Of a stretch of DNA of 25,991 nucleotides, positions 16,408 to 25,991 are shown piece after piece. The notes beneath the pieces are model-generated. The model saw only the letters and a list, made by a program, of their open reading frames with translations. It did not search any database and was not told the origin of the DNA. The stretch is from a virus (Duplodnaviria > Heunggongvirae > Uroviricota > Caudoviricetes). The stretch's first letter is position 1. Every line of letters starts with the position of its first letter. Both the position numbers and the translations under genes were made by a program. Where the stretch lies: IMG/VR virus record IMGVR_UViG_2913137851_000001; one strand, 5' to 3'.

Positions 16408-16623
16408 ATGTCAAATAAAATGACTGGTTTAGTAAAATGGTTTAACGCTGATAAAGGTTTCGGCTTTATTTCTCCTGTTGATGGTAGTAAAGATGTGTTT
16501 GTGCATTTTTCTGCGATTCAGAATGATAATTATCGAACCTTATTTGAAGGTCAAAAGGTTACCTTCTCTATAGAGAGTGGTGCTAAAGGTCCTGCAGCAG
16601 CAAATGTCATCATTACTGATTAA
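16408..16623 (+). CDS. cspB: Cold-shock protein CspB
   Basis: 71-aa product [71 protein letters not shown], the CspA family with RNP1/RNP2 motifs. Confidence 0.9.
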   Translation: MSNKMTGLVKWFNADKGFGFISPVDGSKDVFVHFSAIQNDNYRTLFEGQKVTFSIESGAKGPAAANVIITD

Positions 16624-16903
16624 AATTCATCGCTCGTCTGTATACGATAACGAAGAAGGCTGATGCCTGAGTAGAGATACGGACAGAGTAGTGAATATTG
16701 GATCTCTTTAATAAAAAGTAAGGAGGTCCAATACATGAAACAATGGCTAGCATATTTGGCAAAATCTTAATCAGGAAAAGTATGCTAACCATTGTGGTGA
16801 AGTGCAGGTTTGCTGCATGAATAGTTTTACAGCAGAAGCTAACTGCTGGCATGGCAAAACAAAGTGCGTAAGTGGATGACTCCCACAAAAAGCACCACAA
16901 TCT

Positions 16904-16927
16904 CAAACCCGCTCAGGCGGGTTTTTT
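16904..16927 (+). terminator. Rho-independent terminator
   Basis: AAACCCGC-CTCA-GGCGGGTTTTTT, about 280 nt downstream of cspB. Confidence 0.7.
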
Positions 16928-16986
16928 ATTATCTGCTTTAAATATATTATTAAAATATAAAAAATACTTGTTACTAATAAAATCAA

Positions 16987-17157
16987 TCAGGCTACAGCTT
17001 TAAGATTTGTCTGGAATACTTTGTTGCAATGAGGGCAGATCAAAAGGGCACCTTTTTGTACTCTTGAAAAACTGTGTTCTGACTCTTGGGTGCAGTTTGG
17101 GCAGGAACATTTAACGAGATAATTACGGCGTGATTTTGAGTTTTTACGTTCTGACAT
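16987..17157 (-). CDS. Small zinc-ribbon protein (56 aa)
   Basis: From the internal ATG: MSERKNSKSRRNYLVKCSCPNCTQESEHSFSRVQKGALLICPHCNKVFQTNLKAVA, with CxxC-N20-CxxC. Weak AGGA SD. Confidence 0.4.
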   Translation of the reverse strand: MSERKNSKSRRNYLVKCSCPNCTQESEHSFSRVQKGALLICPHCNKVFQTNLKAVA

Positions 17158-17376
17158 AGGCTTTTCCTGTATAAATGGCCGTATACAGTACACTAAATAT
17201 GAAAACATTTCTCGTATTATTATTTTATATATGACTTTCTTTCAAAATAATTACCCACATTTTTAATGTGTATGTTTTTTTAGCGCCGTTGAGAACAACG
17301 TGTGCTGTCAAAACTACCCCGTAGACTCCGATCTTTTCAAACATATTGCACCATCCGTGTACATCGGGGTGAGGAT

Positions 17377-17592
17377 ATGAAATCAATGGATAAGTTAACA
17401 ACAGGTGTTGCCTATGGCACATCGGCGGGTAATGCTGGTTTCTGGGCATTGCAGTTACTCGATAAAGTAACTCCGTCACAGTGGGCTGCAATCGGTGTGC
17501 TGGGTAGCCTGGTTTTTGGCCTGCTGACGTATCTGACAAATCTTTATTTCAAGATTAAAGAAGACAGGCGTAAGGCTGCGAGAGGAGAGTAA
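17377..17592 (+). CDS. essQ: Class II holin / pinholin (S21-like) with dual-start motif
   Basis: 71 aa, [71 protein letters not shown]. Two TM segments. The Met-Lys-Ser-Met start gives potential holin and antiholin products. Closely resembles recalled phage 21 S. Confidence 0.85.
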   Translation: MKSMDKLTTGVAYGTSAGNAGFWALQLLDKVTPSQWAAIGVLGSLVFGLLTYLTNLYFKIKEDRRKAARGE

Positions 17593-17596
17593 TCCA

Positions 17597-17904
17597 ATGA
17601 CTCAAGACTATGAACTGGTTGTGAAAGGAGTCCGTAATTTTGAGAATAAAGTTACGGTAACTGTAGCCTTACAGGACAAAGAACGCTTTGACGGTGAAAT
17701 TTTTGACCTGGATGTCGCCATGGACCGTGTTGAAGGAGCTGCGCTGGAGTTTTATGAGGCAGCAGCCAGAAGGAGCGTCCGGCAAGTCTTCCTGGAAGTA
17801 GCAGAAAAATTGTCAGAAAAAGTTGAGTCTTATCTGCAGCATCAGTACTCCTTTAAGATTGAAAATCCTGCCAATAAGCACGAGCGTCCTCATCATAAAT
17901 ATCT

Positions 17905-17908
<4 letters not shown>
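17597..17908 (+). CDS. ydfR: YdfR (DUF1327-like) protein
   Basis: 103-aa ORF between holin and endolysin. Its stop overlaps the endolysin ATG (ATGA). Confidence 0.7.
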
Positions 17909-18932
<1,024 letters not shown>

Positions 18933-19182
18933 GGTAATATTAAATCGGAACATTTACATCGCGGAATGTAAAATTTAAATAAAAAGGACTCTTCCATGAG
19001 CCAAAATTCCTGAAATCTTAAGGGTAAGATAAAAGGTCTTAATCAGAATGACACGTTTTATTAATAAATAAAGCTATTCTTTCATTGCTGTGTTTTTCTT
19101 TACAAAAGTAATCCTTGCTATGGGTGGTTAATCATGCGTTAATGGTGTTCTGGTTTGTTACAAATTTATCTGAAGCAGTCAT

Positions 19183-19191
19183 TGTTATAAT
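19183..19191 (+). promoter_or_regulatory. Extended -10 promoter element upstream of cspI
   Basis: TGtTATAAT about 100 nt upstream of the cspI ATG. The -35 is weak. Transcription start was not determined. Confidence 0.4.
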
Positions 19192-19294
19192 TTTATTATT
19201 TGTACCTCTTGAGATTTCCTTGTTGGTTTTTCTCTCTGATATTTTTTTTCGGACCATTCTGCCCAAGGGCTAATTTCTTCAAAAGGTAATAATT

Positions 19295-19507
19295 ATGTCT
19301 AACAAAATGACTGGTTTAGTGAAATGGTTTAACCCTGAAAAAGGTTTTGGTTTCATCACGCCGAAAGATGGCAGCAAAGATGTGTTTGTCCATTTCTCAG
19401 CAATTCAGAGCAACGATTTCAAAACATTAACTGAGAATCAGGAAGTTGAATTTGGTATTGAGAACGGACCTAAAGGTCCTGCCGCTGTTCATGTAGTGGC
19501 GCTTTGA
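19295..19507 (+). CDS. cspI: Cold-shock protein CspI
   Basis: 70-aa product [82 protein letters not shown] as in cspA-type leaders. Confidence 0.9.
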   Translation: MSNKMTGLVKWFNPEKGFGFITPKDGSKDVFVHFSAIQSNDFKTLTENQEVEFGIENGPKGPAAVHVVAL

Positions 19508-19710
19508 GGTAGACAATATTACAAACCATATTCACTTTAGATGCCCGTGTTGTCATGGTTCCCAGTATAGAACATCATCTTTTGATGTTTCTGACATGAA
19601 TCCTTTCGGGGCAAAATGTATCTTTTGTAAATCAATGATGATTACATTTGATAATATTTCACAATACTTAAATGCCAGCCGTCTGTCGTTGGATTTAAAA
19701 AAGTGAAAAT

Positions 19711-19734
19711 GAAGGCTCCTTCGGGAGCTTTTTT
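19711..19734 (+). terminator. Rho-independent terminator
   Basis: AGGCTCC-TTCG-GGAGCTT hairpin (UUCG tetraloop) followed by TTTTTTG. Confidence 0.7.
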
Positions 19735-19778
19735 GCTTGGTGTCTATTCGATGGATACTCACATACTACGGTAACATC

Positions 19779-20009
19779 ATGAAAAAAATCATAGTTTTTT
19801 TTAACTCTGAACCAGCAGTGGTAGTGCCAGCGATGACTGGAGTTAACACCATCATGCGTGAATATCCAAATGGCGAAAAAACACACCTTACTGTAATGGC
19901 CGCAGGGTTTCCATCTCTGACCGGAGATCATAAAGTCATTTATGTAGCCGCGGATCGACATGTTACTTCAGAAGAAATTCTGGAAGCAGCAATAAGGCTC
20001 TTGAGTTGA
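19779..20009 (+). CDS. Hypothetical protein (76 aa)
   Basis: Internal ATG of the 90-aa ORF in the track: MKKIIVFFNSEPAVVVPAMTGVNTIMREYPNGEK... Balanced composition; no recognisable motif. Confidence 0.4.
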   Translation: MKKIIVFFNSEPAVVVPAMTGVNTIMREYPNGEKTHLTVMAAGFPSLTGDHKVIYVAADRHVTSEEILEAAIRLLS

Positions 20010-20177
20010 TTTGATGCTATTGCATTGATAATTCAGGAAAATTCTCTTTGTCTGTTTGTGTAAAATTTAGACTATCGTATGTTGATTATTGCGATGTTTC
20101 ATCTTATCTTTTACACGTTTGCACCATATAATCGACTTACTGTGTAACTGGAAAGTCATAACAGACTAAAAGAGGAA

Positions 20178-20354
20178 ATGATGAATATTGAAAACTTAAA
20201 AACAAAAGCAGAAGCAGATATTTCTGAATATATAACAAAAAAAATTATTGAACTTAAGAAAAAGACCGGGAAAGAAGTTACCAGTATTCAGTTTACCGCA
20301 CGGGAAAAAATGACGGGTCTTGAAAGCTATGATGTCAAGATTAATTTAATCTGA
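20178..20354 (+). CDS. gnsB: GnsA/GnsB-family small protein
   Basis: 58-codon ORF, below the ORF-track cut-off: MMNIENLKTKAEADISEYITKKIIELKKKTGKEVTSIQFTAREKMTGLESYDVKINLI, resembling recalled GnsA/GnsB. AGAGGAA SD. Confidence 0.75.
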   Translation: MMNIENLKTKAEADISEYITKKIIELKKKTGKEVTSIQFTAREKMTGLESYDVKINLI

Positions 20355-20382
20355 TGTATTCAATAATAAAATTTATCCATAA

Positions 20383-20404
20383 ACCTCGTTTTTACGGGGT
20401 TTTG
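20383..20404 (+). terminator. Possible terminator between convergent gnsB and ydfO
   Basis: Imperfect hairpin ACCTCGT...ACGGGGT followed by TTTTG. Confidence 0.35.
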
Positions 20405-20505
20405 TTATATTTGAATGGTTCCGAATATCTAAATCACAATTGTTGATGGTTTTTATTAAACCAATGCAGTCCGGCTCAGGAGTGAGAGAAGCCGGACGTT
20501 ATGGT

Positions 20506-20916
20506 TTAGCGTGGTAAGATCTGTGTAGTTTTCTGGATGCTTTCAGTAAATAGTAATGAATTATCAAAGGTATAGTAATATCTTTTTTGTTCGTGGATAT
20601 TTGTAACCCACCGAAAAACTCCTGCTTTAGCAAGGTTTCTTCTGTATTCCTGAAATGTGATCTCTCTGGATTTCAGCTTATTAGAGGTCGTTTCTATAAG
20701 ATGCCTATCCTTTGAAAATTTGACAGACACAATGTTTTTTAGGCCCTTTAATAACACTGTATTATCATTTTTTAATACAATATGAACATTCTCTGTGGCT
20801 AAATAGTAAATGTAATGTGAGACATTGTGACGTTTTAGCTCAGAATAAAACCATTGATAGTTTAAATCGTTTCGAACTTTATCAAATATTTGTTTAAAAA
20901 TGACTACCTGATCCAT
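20506..20916 (-). CDS. ydfO: YdfO (DUF1398-family) protein
   Basis: 136 aa from the ATG at 20916 (GGAAGG SD), matching the recalled K-12 length. Function unknown. Confidence 0.7.
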
Positions 20917-20973
20917 AGATAAACCTTCCATGTGATATGAGGGGGCGTAGTCTGCACGATTATCTAAATTGCT

Positions 20974-21147
20974 TCAATCTGGTCTGACCTGTTTTCTGAG
21001 CAATTCAGTAATGTCACTCTTTTCTTTGTTTGCTTCAGAAGAAACTCTTTTTTCTGAGCACAGTCTCCGGCGGCAGGCTTCAATGACCCAGGCTGAGAAA
21101 TTCCCGGACCCTTTTTGCTCAAGAGCGATGTTAATTTGTTCAATCAT
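20974..21147 (-). CDS. Possible small ribbon-helix-helix-like protein (57 aa)
   Basis: [33 protein letters not shown]... fits a beta-strand plus two-helix RHH pattern. No convincing SD. Lies antisense to the out-of-frame 5' part of the tail-fibre ORF. Confidence 0.3.
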   Translation of the reverse strand: MIEQINIALEQKGSGNFSAWVIEACRRRLCSEKRVSSEANKEKSDITELLRKQVRPD

Positions 21148-22108
21148 TTGGTTAACCGCGCTGACAGACAATACGCAGGGGGCAGCAGGTCTTGAGTTAT
21201 ACGAGGTGTATAACAACGGATATCCAACAGCGTATGGAAATATCATTCACCTGAAAGGGATGACAGCCGTTGGCGAAGGTGAGTTACTCATCGGCTGGAG
21301 TGGTACAAGCGGTGCTCATGCTCCGGCATTTATTCGTTCACGACGGGATACGACCGACGCAAACTGGTCGCCGTGGGCGCAGCTTTACACCTCGGCTCAT
21401 CCTCCTGCAGAGTTTTATCCAGTCGGTGCACCAATCCCGTGGCCATCAGATACCGTTCCGTCTGGTTATGCCCTGATGCAGGGGCAGACTTTTGACAAAT
21501 CTGCATACCCGAAACTTGCAGTTGCTTATCCGTCAGGCGTGATCCCTGATATGCGTGGCTGGACGATTAAGGGCAAGCCCGCCAGTGGTCGGGCCGTATT
21601 ATCTCAGGAACAGGACGGCATTAAATCGCACACCCACAGCGCCAGCGCATCCAGTACGGATTTGGGGACGAAAACCACATCGTCGTTTGATTACGGAACC
21701 AAATCCACGAATAACACCGGGGCGCATACCCATAGTATTAGCGGGACCGCAAATAGTGCCGGTGCGCACCAACACAAGAGTTCCGGTGCATTTGGTGGCA
21801 CGAACACGAGCATTTTCCCTAATGGTTATACCGCGATTTCAAATCTAAGCGCGGGGATTATGAGCACAACAAGCGGTAGTGGCCAGACTCGTAATGCAGG
21901 GAAGACATCATCAGATGGTGCTCATACCCACTCGCTGTCCGGCACTGCTGCAAGCGCAGGCGCACATGCACATACTGTCGGTATTGGTGCTCATACGCAC
22001 TCCGTTGCGATTGGTTCACATGGACACACCATCACCGTTAACGCTGCTGGTAACGCGGAAAACACCGTCAAAAACATCGCATTTAACTATATTGTGAGGC
22101 TTGCATAA
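21128..22108 (+). pseudogene. stfQ: Side tail-fibre gene fragment (C-terminal domain only; 5'-truncated)
   Basis: C-terminal roughly 300 aa are tail-fibre-like, with Gly/Ser/Thr/His-rich repeats ([49 protein letters not shown]). The N-terminal about 60 aa of the ORF are low-complexity read-through. No upstream tail-fibre N-terminal domain exists. Followed directly by tfa. Confidence 0.7.
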
Positions 22109-22683
22109 TGGCATTCAGAATGAGTGAACAACCACGGACCATAAAAATTTATAATCTGCTGGCCGGAACTAATGAATTTATTGGTGAAGGTGATGCATAT
22201 ATTCCGCCTCATACAGGTCTGCCAGCAAACAGTACCGATATTGCACCGCCAGATATTCCGGCTGGCTTCGTGGCTGTTTTCAACAGTGATGAGTCATCGT
22301 GGCATCTCGTTGAAGATCATCGGGGTAAAACGGTTTATGACGTGGCTTCCGGCGACGCGTTATTTATTTCTGAACTCGGTCCGTTACCGGAAAATGTTAC
22401 CTGGTTATCGCCGGAAGGGGAGTTTCAGAAGTGGAACGGCACAGCCTGGGTGAAGGATACGGAAGCAGAAAAACTGTTCCGGATCCGGGAGGCGGAAGAA
22501 ACAAAAAACAACCTGATGCAGGTAGCCAGTGAGCATATTGCGCCGCTTCAGGATGCTGCAGATCTGGAAATTGCAACGGAGGAAGAAATCTCGTTGCTGG
22601 AAGCATGGAAAAAGTATCGGGTATTGCTGAACCGTGTTGATACGTCAACTGCACAGGATATTGAATGGCCAGCACTGCCGTAG
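22108..22683 (+). CDS. tfaQ: Tail-fibre assembly chaperone
   Basis: 191-aa ORF starting at the stop of the tail-fibre gene (ATAATGG overlap); typical Tfa N-terminus ([17 protein letters not shown]...). Confidence 0.8.
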
Positions 22684-22780
22684 GGTAAAACATATAAATT
22701 CTATAATTAGATGTATCTTTCCATTTACGGCAAGGAAGGGGGCTTGGAAGACGTAAAGCATCTCACACCGAGATTATTTT

Positions 22781-23371
22781 TTATATGTCAGGTGTCTGAA
22801 GTTTTGCTTTGGCTCTTAAAATGGTTTGCCGCGAGGTTTTGAATTCCCGGGCAATGGCACTTATACTTACACCTGACTTAATTCGTTCGAATACCGCCTG
22901 TTTCTGTTCTTCATTTAACACAGGTGGTCGACCAAAACGTTTCCCTGCGCCGCGGGCTCTTACTATCCCGGAATGAGTGCGTTCAAGTAAAAGGTCTCGT
23001 TCAAATTCAGCGACTGCTGAAATTACTTGCATCATCATTTTTCCTGTTGGACTGGTCAGGTCAATGCCCCCCAATGCTAAGCAATGCACTCTGATACCTG
23101 TTTCGGTCAGTTGTTCCACTGTTTTCCTGATATCCATTGCATTACAACCAAGGCGATCCAGTTTTGTCACAATCAATTGATCACCACATTTCAGGCGAGC
23201 AAGCAACCGGTTAAAACCAGGACGCTCACTGGTTGCTGCTGAGCCGCTAATGTGTTCTTCGATTATTTGCTGAGGTTTGATTTTAAAACCTGCACTTTCG
23301 ATTTCCCGGCGTTGATTTTCGGTGGTCTGATCCAGCGTTGATATCCGACAGTAAGCAAAAATTTGAGACAT
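22781..23371 (-). CDS. pinQ: Serine-recombinase DNA invertase (Pin/Gin/Hin family)
   Basis: 196 aa. N-terminal catalytic motif ([16 protein letters not shown] with the active-site Ser context), C-terminal HTH, and a resolvase-fold middle region. Confidence 0.88.
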   Translation of the reverse strand: MSQIFAYCRISTLDQTTENQRREIESAGFKIKPQQIIEEHISGSAATSERPGFNRLLARLKCGDQLIVTKLDRLGCNAMDIRKTVEQLTETGIRVHCLALGGIDLTSPTGKMMMQVISAVAEFERDLLLERTHSGIVRARGAGKRFGRPPVLNEEQKQAVFERIKSGVSISAIAREFKTSRQTILRAKAKLQTPDI

Positions 23372-23687
23372 AGTGAGACTCTATACGAAATTGGTGTTCA
23401 TATCATAATGCATCTCAGAAAATAATTATGATTATTTTTGTGCATATTTGTATGTACACGTTCGAAAATAAACGAATGCGTATGCAACCCCGTAATTTTG
23501 GTGAGACCCAAAATCGATTTTGTGAAAAATGGCTTTAACTCGGTTTGTTTTTCGAGTTCCGGGCGGACTCAAGGAAGAAGAATAGTGTTGCGTGTTATTT
23601 TAACCAGATTTCAAGTTGTTTGGTCGTGGAAAAGTGGAGCAAAATGTTGTTAAAGTGGAAAAATGATAAAAAAGTAAGTTTATTATA

Positions 23688-23921
23688 TTACATTTTACCA
23701 TTTAAATTTTGGTTGTCTTTAAGAACTGATATCGCTGTTTGTAATAATTCTTTGTTATCCAGCCATGATTTTTTCTTTATGTTTCCTTCAATGTAATCAA
23801 GCAATGTTCTGGTATTGATAGGTCTTCCCTGTTTTGCTACTTCCACTACAGCATCCCCTAGGATAATTCTTACTTCAGGAAGCTGCGCAGGGAACCACTT
23901 TAGGGTGTCTTTTGATTTCAT
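23688..23921 (-). CDS. ydfK: YdfK/YnaE-family cold-shock-associated small protein
   Basis: 77 aa from the internal ATG: MKSKDTLKWFPAQLPEVRIILGDAVVEVAKQGRPINTRTLLDYIEGNIKK... AAGGA SD 8 nt upstream. Confidence 0.75.
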   Translation of the reverse strand: MKSKDTLKWFPAQLPEVRIILGDAVVEVAKQGRPINTRTLLDYIEGNIKKKSWLDNKELLQTAISVLKDNQNLNGKM

Positions 23922-24707
23922 GAAGATATTCCTTAAAATATTATTGATTTTCATTGCGATATTGTATGTCTGATTCAGGATATGTTGACTTATACATCGG
24001 TTTTGTCTGGGTTATTGGATATGCCAATCCCTAATTTTATTAGGGCATGACTAAAAATGCTGAATATGATAAGGAGAGATGTGATTATCAGTATGCTGTT
24101 CATATAGCCTCGAATTAGTAATGTGTTATATATGATATAGTTGACAATTTTTATCTTGGGTGTTCTTAAAGTTCGTAGATAAACATTGTCGTTTCAGGTA
24201 TACAGGAATGCTAACAGGTGGCAGCAAAAATCAGGCGGTTTATGGCGCAAGCTGAAGCGGCAACTGCAAACTATCTTATGTAGAGACTCTACACGGATTG
24301 GGTTTAAAAGTATACATAGATAACAGTTTTTATCTGAAAAAGAAAAATATCAAGGTGATATAGCCTATATGCCTTTGATGCGGAGGAATGAATGTGATGG
24401 GAGTGATGTATCTGAATAGTTGAAAAACCGCAGACACGCCTTATGCAAGAACGTGCTGCGATTGGCTGGTAAATTTTTCGATAGTGTGAGTATTGAATGA
24501 TTTCCAGCCGTTCTTGATTTTACGCATAAATCCATGAAAAAACTACTTATCTGTTGGGGAGTTTTTTTGGGGCATATATGGGACAGAAATAGGCCCCAGA
24601 TAGACACTGAGATCGAACTTAGGATGCTTTTTAAAAAAATGCAACTATCTGAAAAAACCTAGAAAACGCCAAGGAAACCACAGGATGGGAAAAAACACCT
24701 GTGAATT

Positions 24708-25991
24708 ATGGATTTCCAGTTATATTCGCTCGGCGCAGCGTTAGTGTTTCATGAAATATTTTTTCCTGAATCATCAACGGCAATGGCGTTAATTCTGGCA
24801 ATGGGAACCTACGGTGCAGGTTATGTGGCGCGTATTGTCGGAGCATTTATTTTCGGCAAAATGGGCGACAGAATAGGGCGTAAAAAAGTGCTCTTTATTA
24901 CCATCACCATGATGGGGATCTGTACCACCTTAATTGGTGTGTTACCGACCTATGCACAGATTGGTGTTTTTGCACCCATCTTGCTGGTGACGTTGCGTAT
25001 TATTCAGGGGTTGGGTGCAGGTGCGGAAATTTCCGGTGCCGGTACGATGCTGGCGGAATATGCGCCAAAAGGTAAGCGCGGAATTATCTCCTCATTTGTG
25101 GCTATGGGAACTAACTGCGGAACCTTGAGCGCAACGGCAATCTGGGCCTTTATGTTCTTCATTCTCAGTAAAGAGGAACTGCTGGCGTGGGGATGGCGTA
25201 TACCGTTCCTGGCGAGCGTTGTCGTGATGGTCTTTGCTATCTGGTTGCGTATGAATCTGAAAGAAAGCCCGGTCTTTGAGAAGGTTAACGACAGTAACCA
25301 ACCGACAGCAAAACCTGCACCTGCTGGTAGCATGTTCCAGAGCAAATCCTTCTGGCTGGCAACAGGGCTGCGTTTTGGTCAGGCGGGTAACTCCGGGTTA
25401 ATTCAGACTTTCCTTGCAGGCTATTTAGTGCAGACGTTATTGTTTAACAAAGCAATTCCAACAGATGCATTGATGATCAGTTCGATTCTCGGCTTTATGA
25501 CCATTCCGTTCCTTGGTTGGTTATCCGATAAAATTGGTCGCCGGATCCCGTATATTATTATGAATACCTCCGCGATTGTGCTGGCATGGCCAATGCTTTC
25601 TATCATTGTAGATAAAAGCTATGCCCCGAGCACCATTATGGTTGCACTGATTGTGATTCATAACTGTGCGGTGCTGGGATTATTTGCTCTGGAAAACATT
25701 ACCATGGCAGAAATGTTCGGCTGTAAAAACCGCTTTACCCGGATGGCTATTTCTAAAGAAATTGGTGATCTTATCGCTTCCGGTTTTGGTCCTATCCTGG
25801 CGGGTATTTTCTGCACCATGACGGAATCCTGGTATCCGATCGCCATTATGATCATGGCATATTCAGTGATTGGTTTAATCTCTGCGCTGAAAATGCCAGA
25901 GGTGAAAGACCGTGATTTAAGTGCGCTGGAAGACGCTGCGGAAGATCAACCGCGTGTTGTAAGAGCTGCGCAACCTTCCAGAAGTCTGTAA
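24708..25991 (+). CDS. ydfJ: MFS (metabolite:H+ symporter family) transporter, N-terminally truncated by prophage insertion
   Basis: 427-aa ORF with multiple TM helices and MFS signature (GxxxDRxGRK, IGVLPTYAQIG). Alignment by recall to ShiA-type MHS transporters indicates about 30 N-terminal residues are missing. An in-frame TGA lies 2 codons upstream of the first ATG. Confidence 0.8.
   Translation: MDFQLYSLGAALVFHEIFFPESSTAMALILAMGTYGAGYVARIVGAFIFGKMGDRIGRKKVLFITITMMGICTTLIGVLPTYAQIGVFAPILLVTLRIIQGLGAGAEISGAGTMLAEYAPKGKRGIISSFVAMGTNCGTLSATAIWAFMFFILSKEELLAWGWRIPFLASVVVMVFAIWLRMNLKESPVFEKVNDSNQPTAKPAPAGSMFQSKSFWLATGLRFGQAGNSGLIQTFLAGYLVQTLLFNKAIPTDALMISSILGFMTIPFLGWLSDKIGRRIPYIIMNTSAIVLAWPMLSIIVDKSYAPSTIMVALIVIHNCAVLGLFALENITMAEMFGCKNRFTRMAISKEIGDLIASGFGPILAGIFCTMTESWYPIAIMIMAYSVIGLISALKMPEVKDRDLSALEDAAEDQPRVVRAAQPSRSL

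Noticed and set aside
20969-21127. N-terminal about 53 aa of the 379-aa tail-fibre ORF
   Set aside because: This part ([21 protein letters not shown]...) is low-complexity and unlike tail-fibre sequence; I treat it as read-through upstream of the genuine C-terminal fragment.
22320-22340. TAAAACGGTTTATGA resembling an invertase crossover core
   Set aside because: Lacks the 2-bp spacer of the AAACC-NN-GGTTT consensus and lies inside the tfaQ coding region with no partner site.
25004-25855. Minus-strand ORFs (113, 69, 61, 65 aa) inside the MFS transporter gene
   Set aside because: Antisense to a clearly coding, membrane-protein ORF; no independent support.

Overview
This window is almost entirely a cryptic (defective) lambdoid prophage of the E. 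coli Qin type, running from the 3' end of its integrase at the left edge to a junction near 24.7 kb inside an N-terminally truncated MFS transporter gene (ydfJ-like). All identifications come from reading the sequence and ORF track and from recalled protein sequences of the K-12 Qin prophage; nothing was database-verified. Left to right it contains: int and an excisionase-like gene; a large RecE-like exonuclease; the dicB operon (ydfA-ydfB-ydfC-DicF sRNA-dicB-ydfD) with the dicA/dicC switch; a decayed early region carrying two insertion-sequence transposase units; flxA with a sigma-28 promoter; the relB-relE-hokD toxin-antitoxin operon; rem, a 92-aa ORF, ydfU and the Q-like antiterminator quuQ with a late promoter and terminator; three cspA-family cold-shock genes (cspF, cspB, cspI) interleaved with a lysis cassette (pinholin, ydfR, SAR endolysin, nested Rz/Rz1); gnsB and ydfO; a 5'-truncated tail-fibre gene with tfaQ and the Pin-family invertase pinQ; and ydfK. 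No head, tail-shaft or terminase genes are present. I did not find a clear-cut novel system. The best candidates for follow-up are the RecE-like exonuclease whose C-terminus is a DnaQ-like domain, a 92-aa ORF translationally coupled to ydfU, the four CxxCxGxG repeats in the Q protein, several small unannotated ORFs, and the orphaned Pin invertase.
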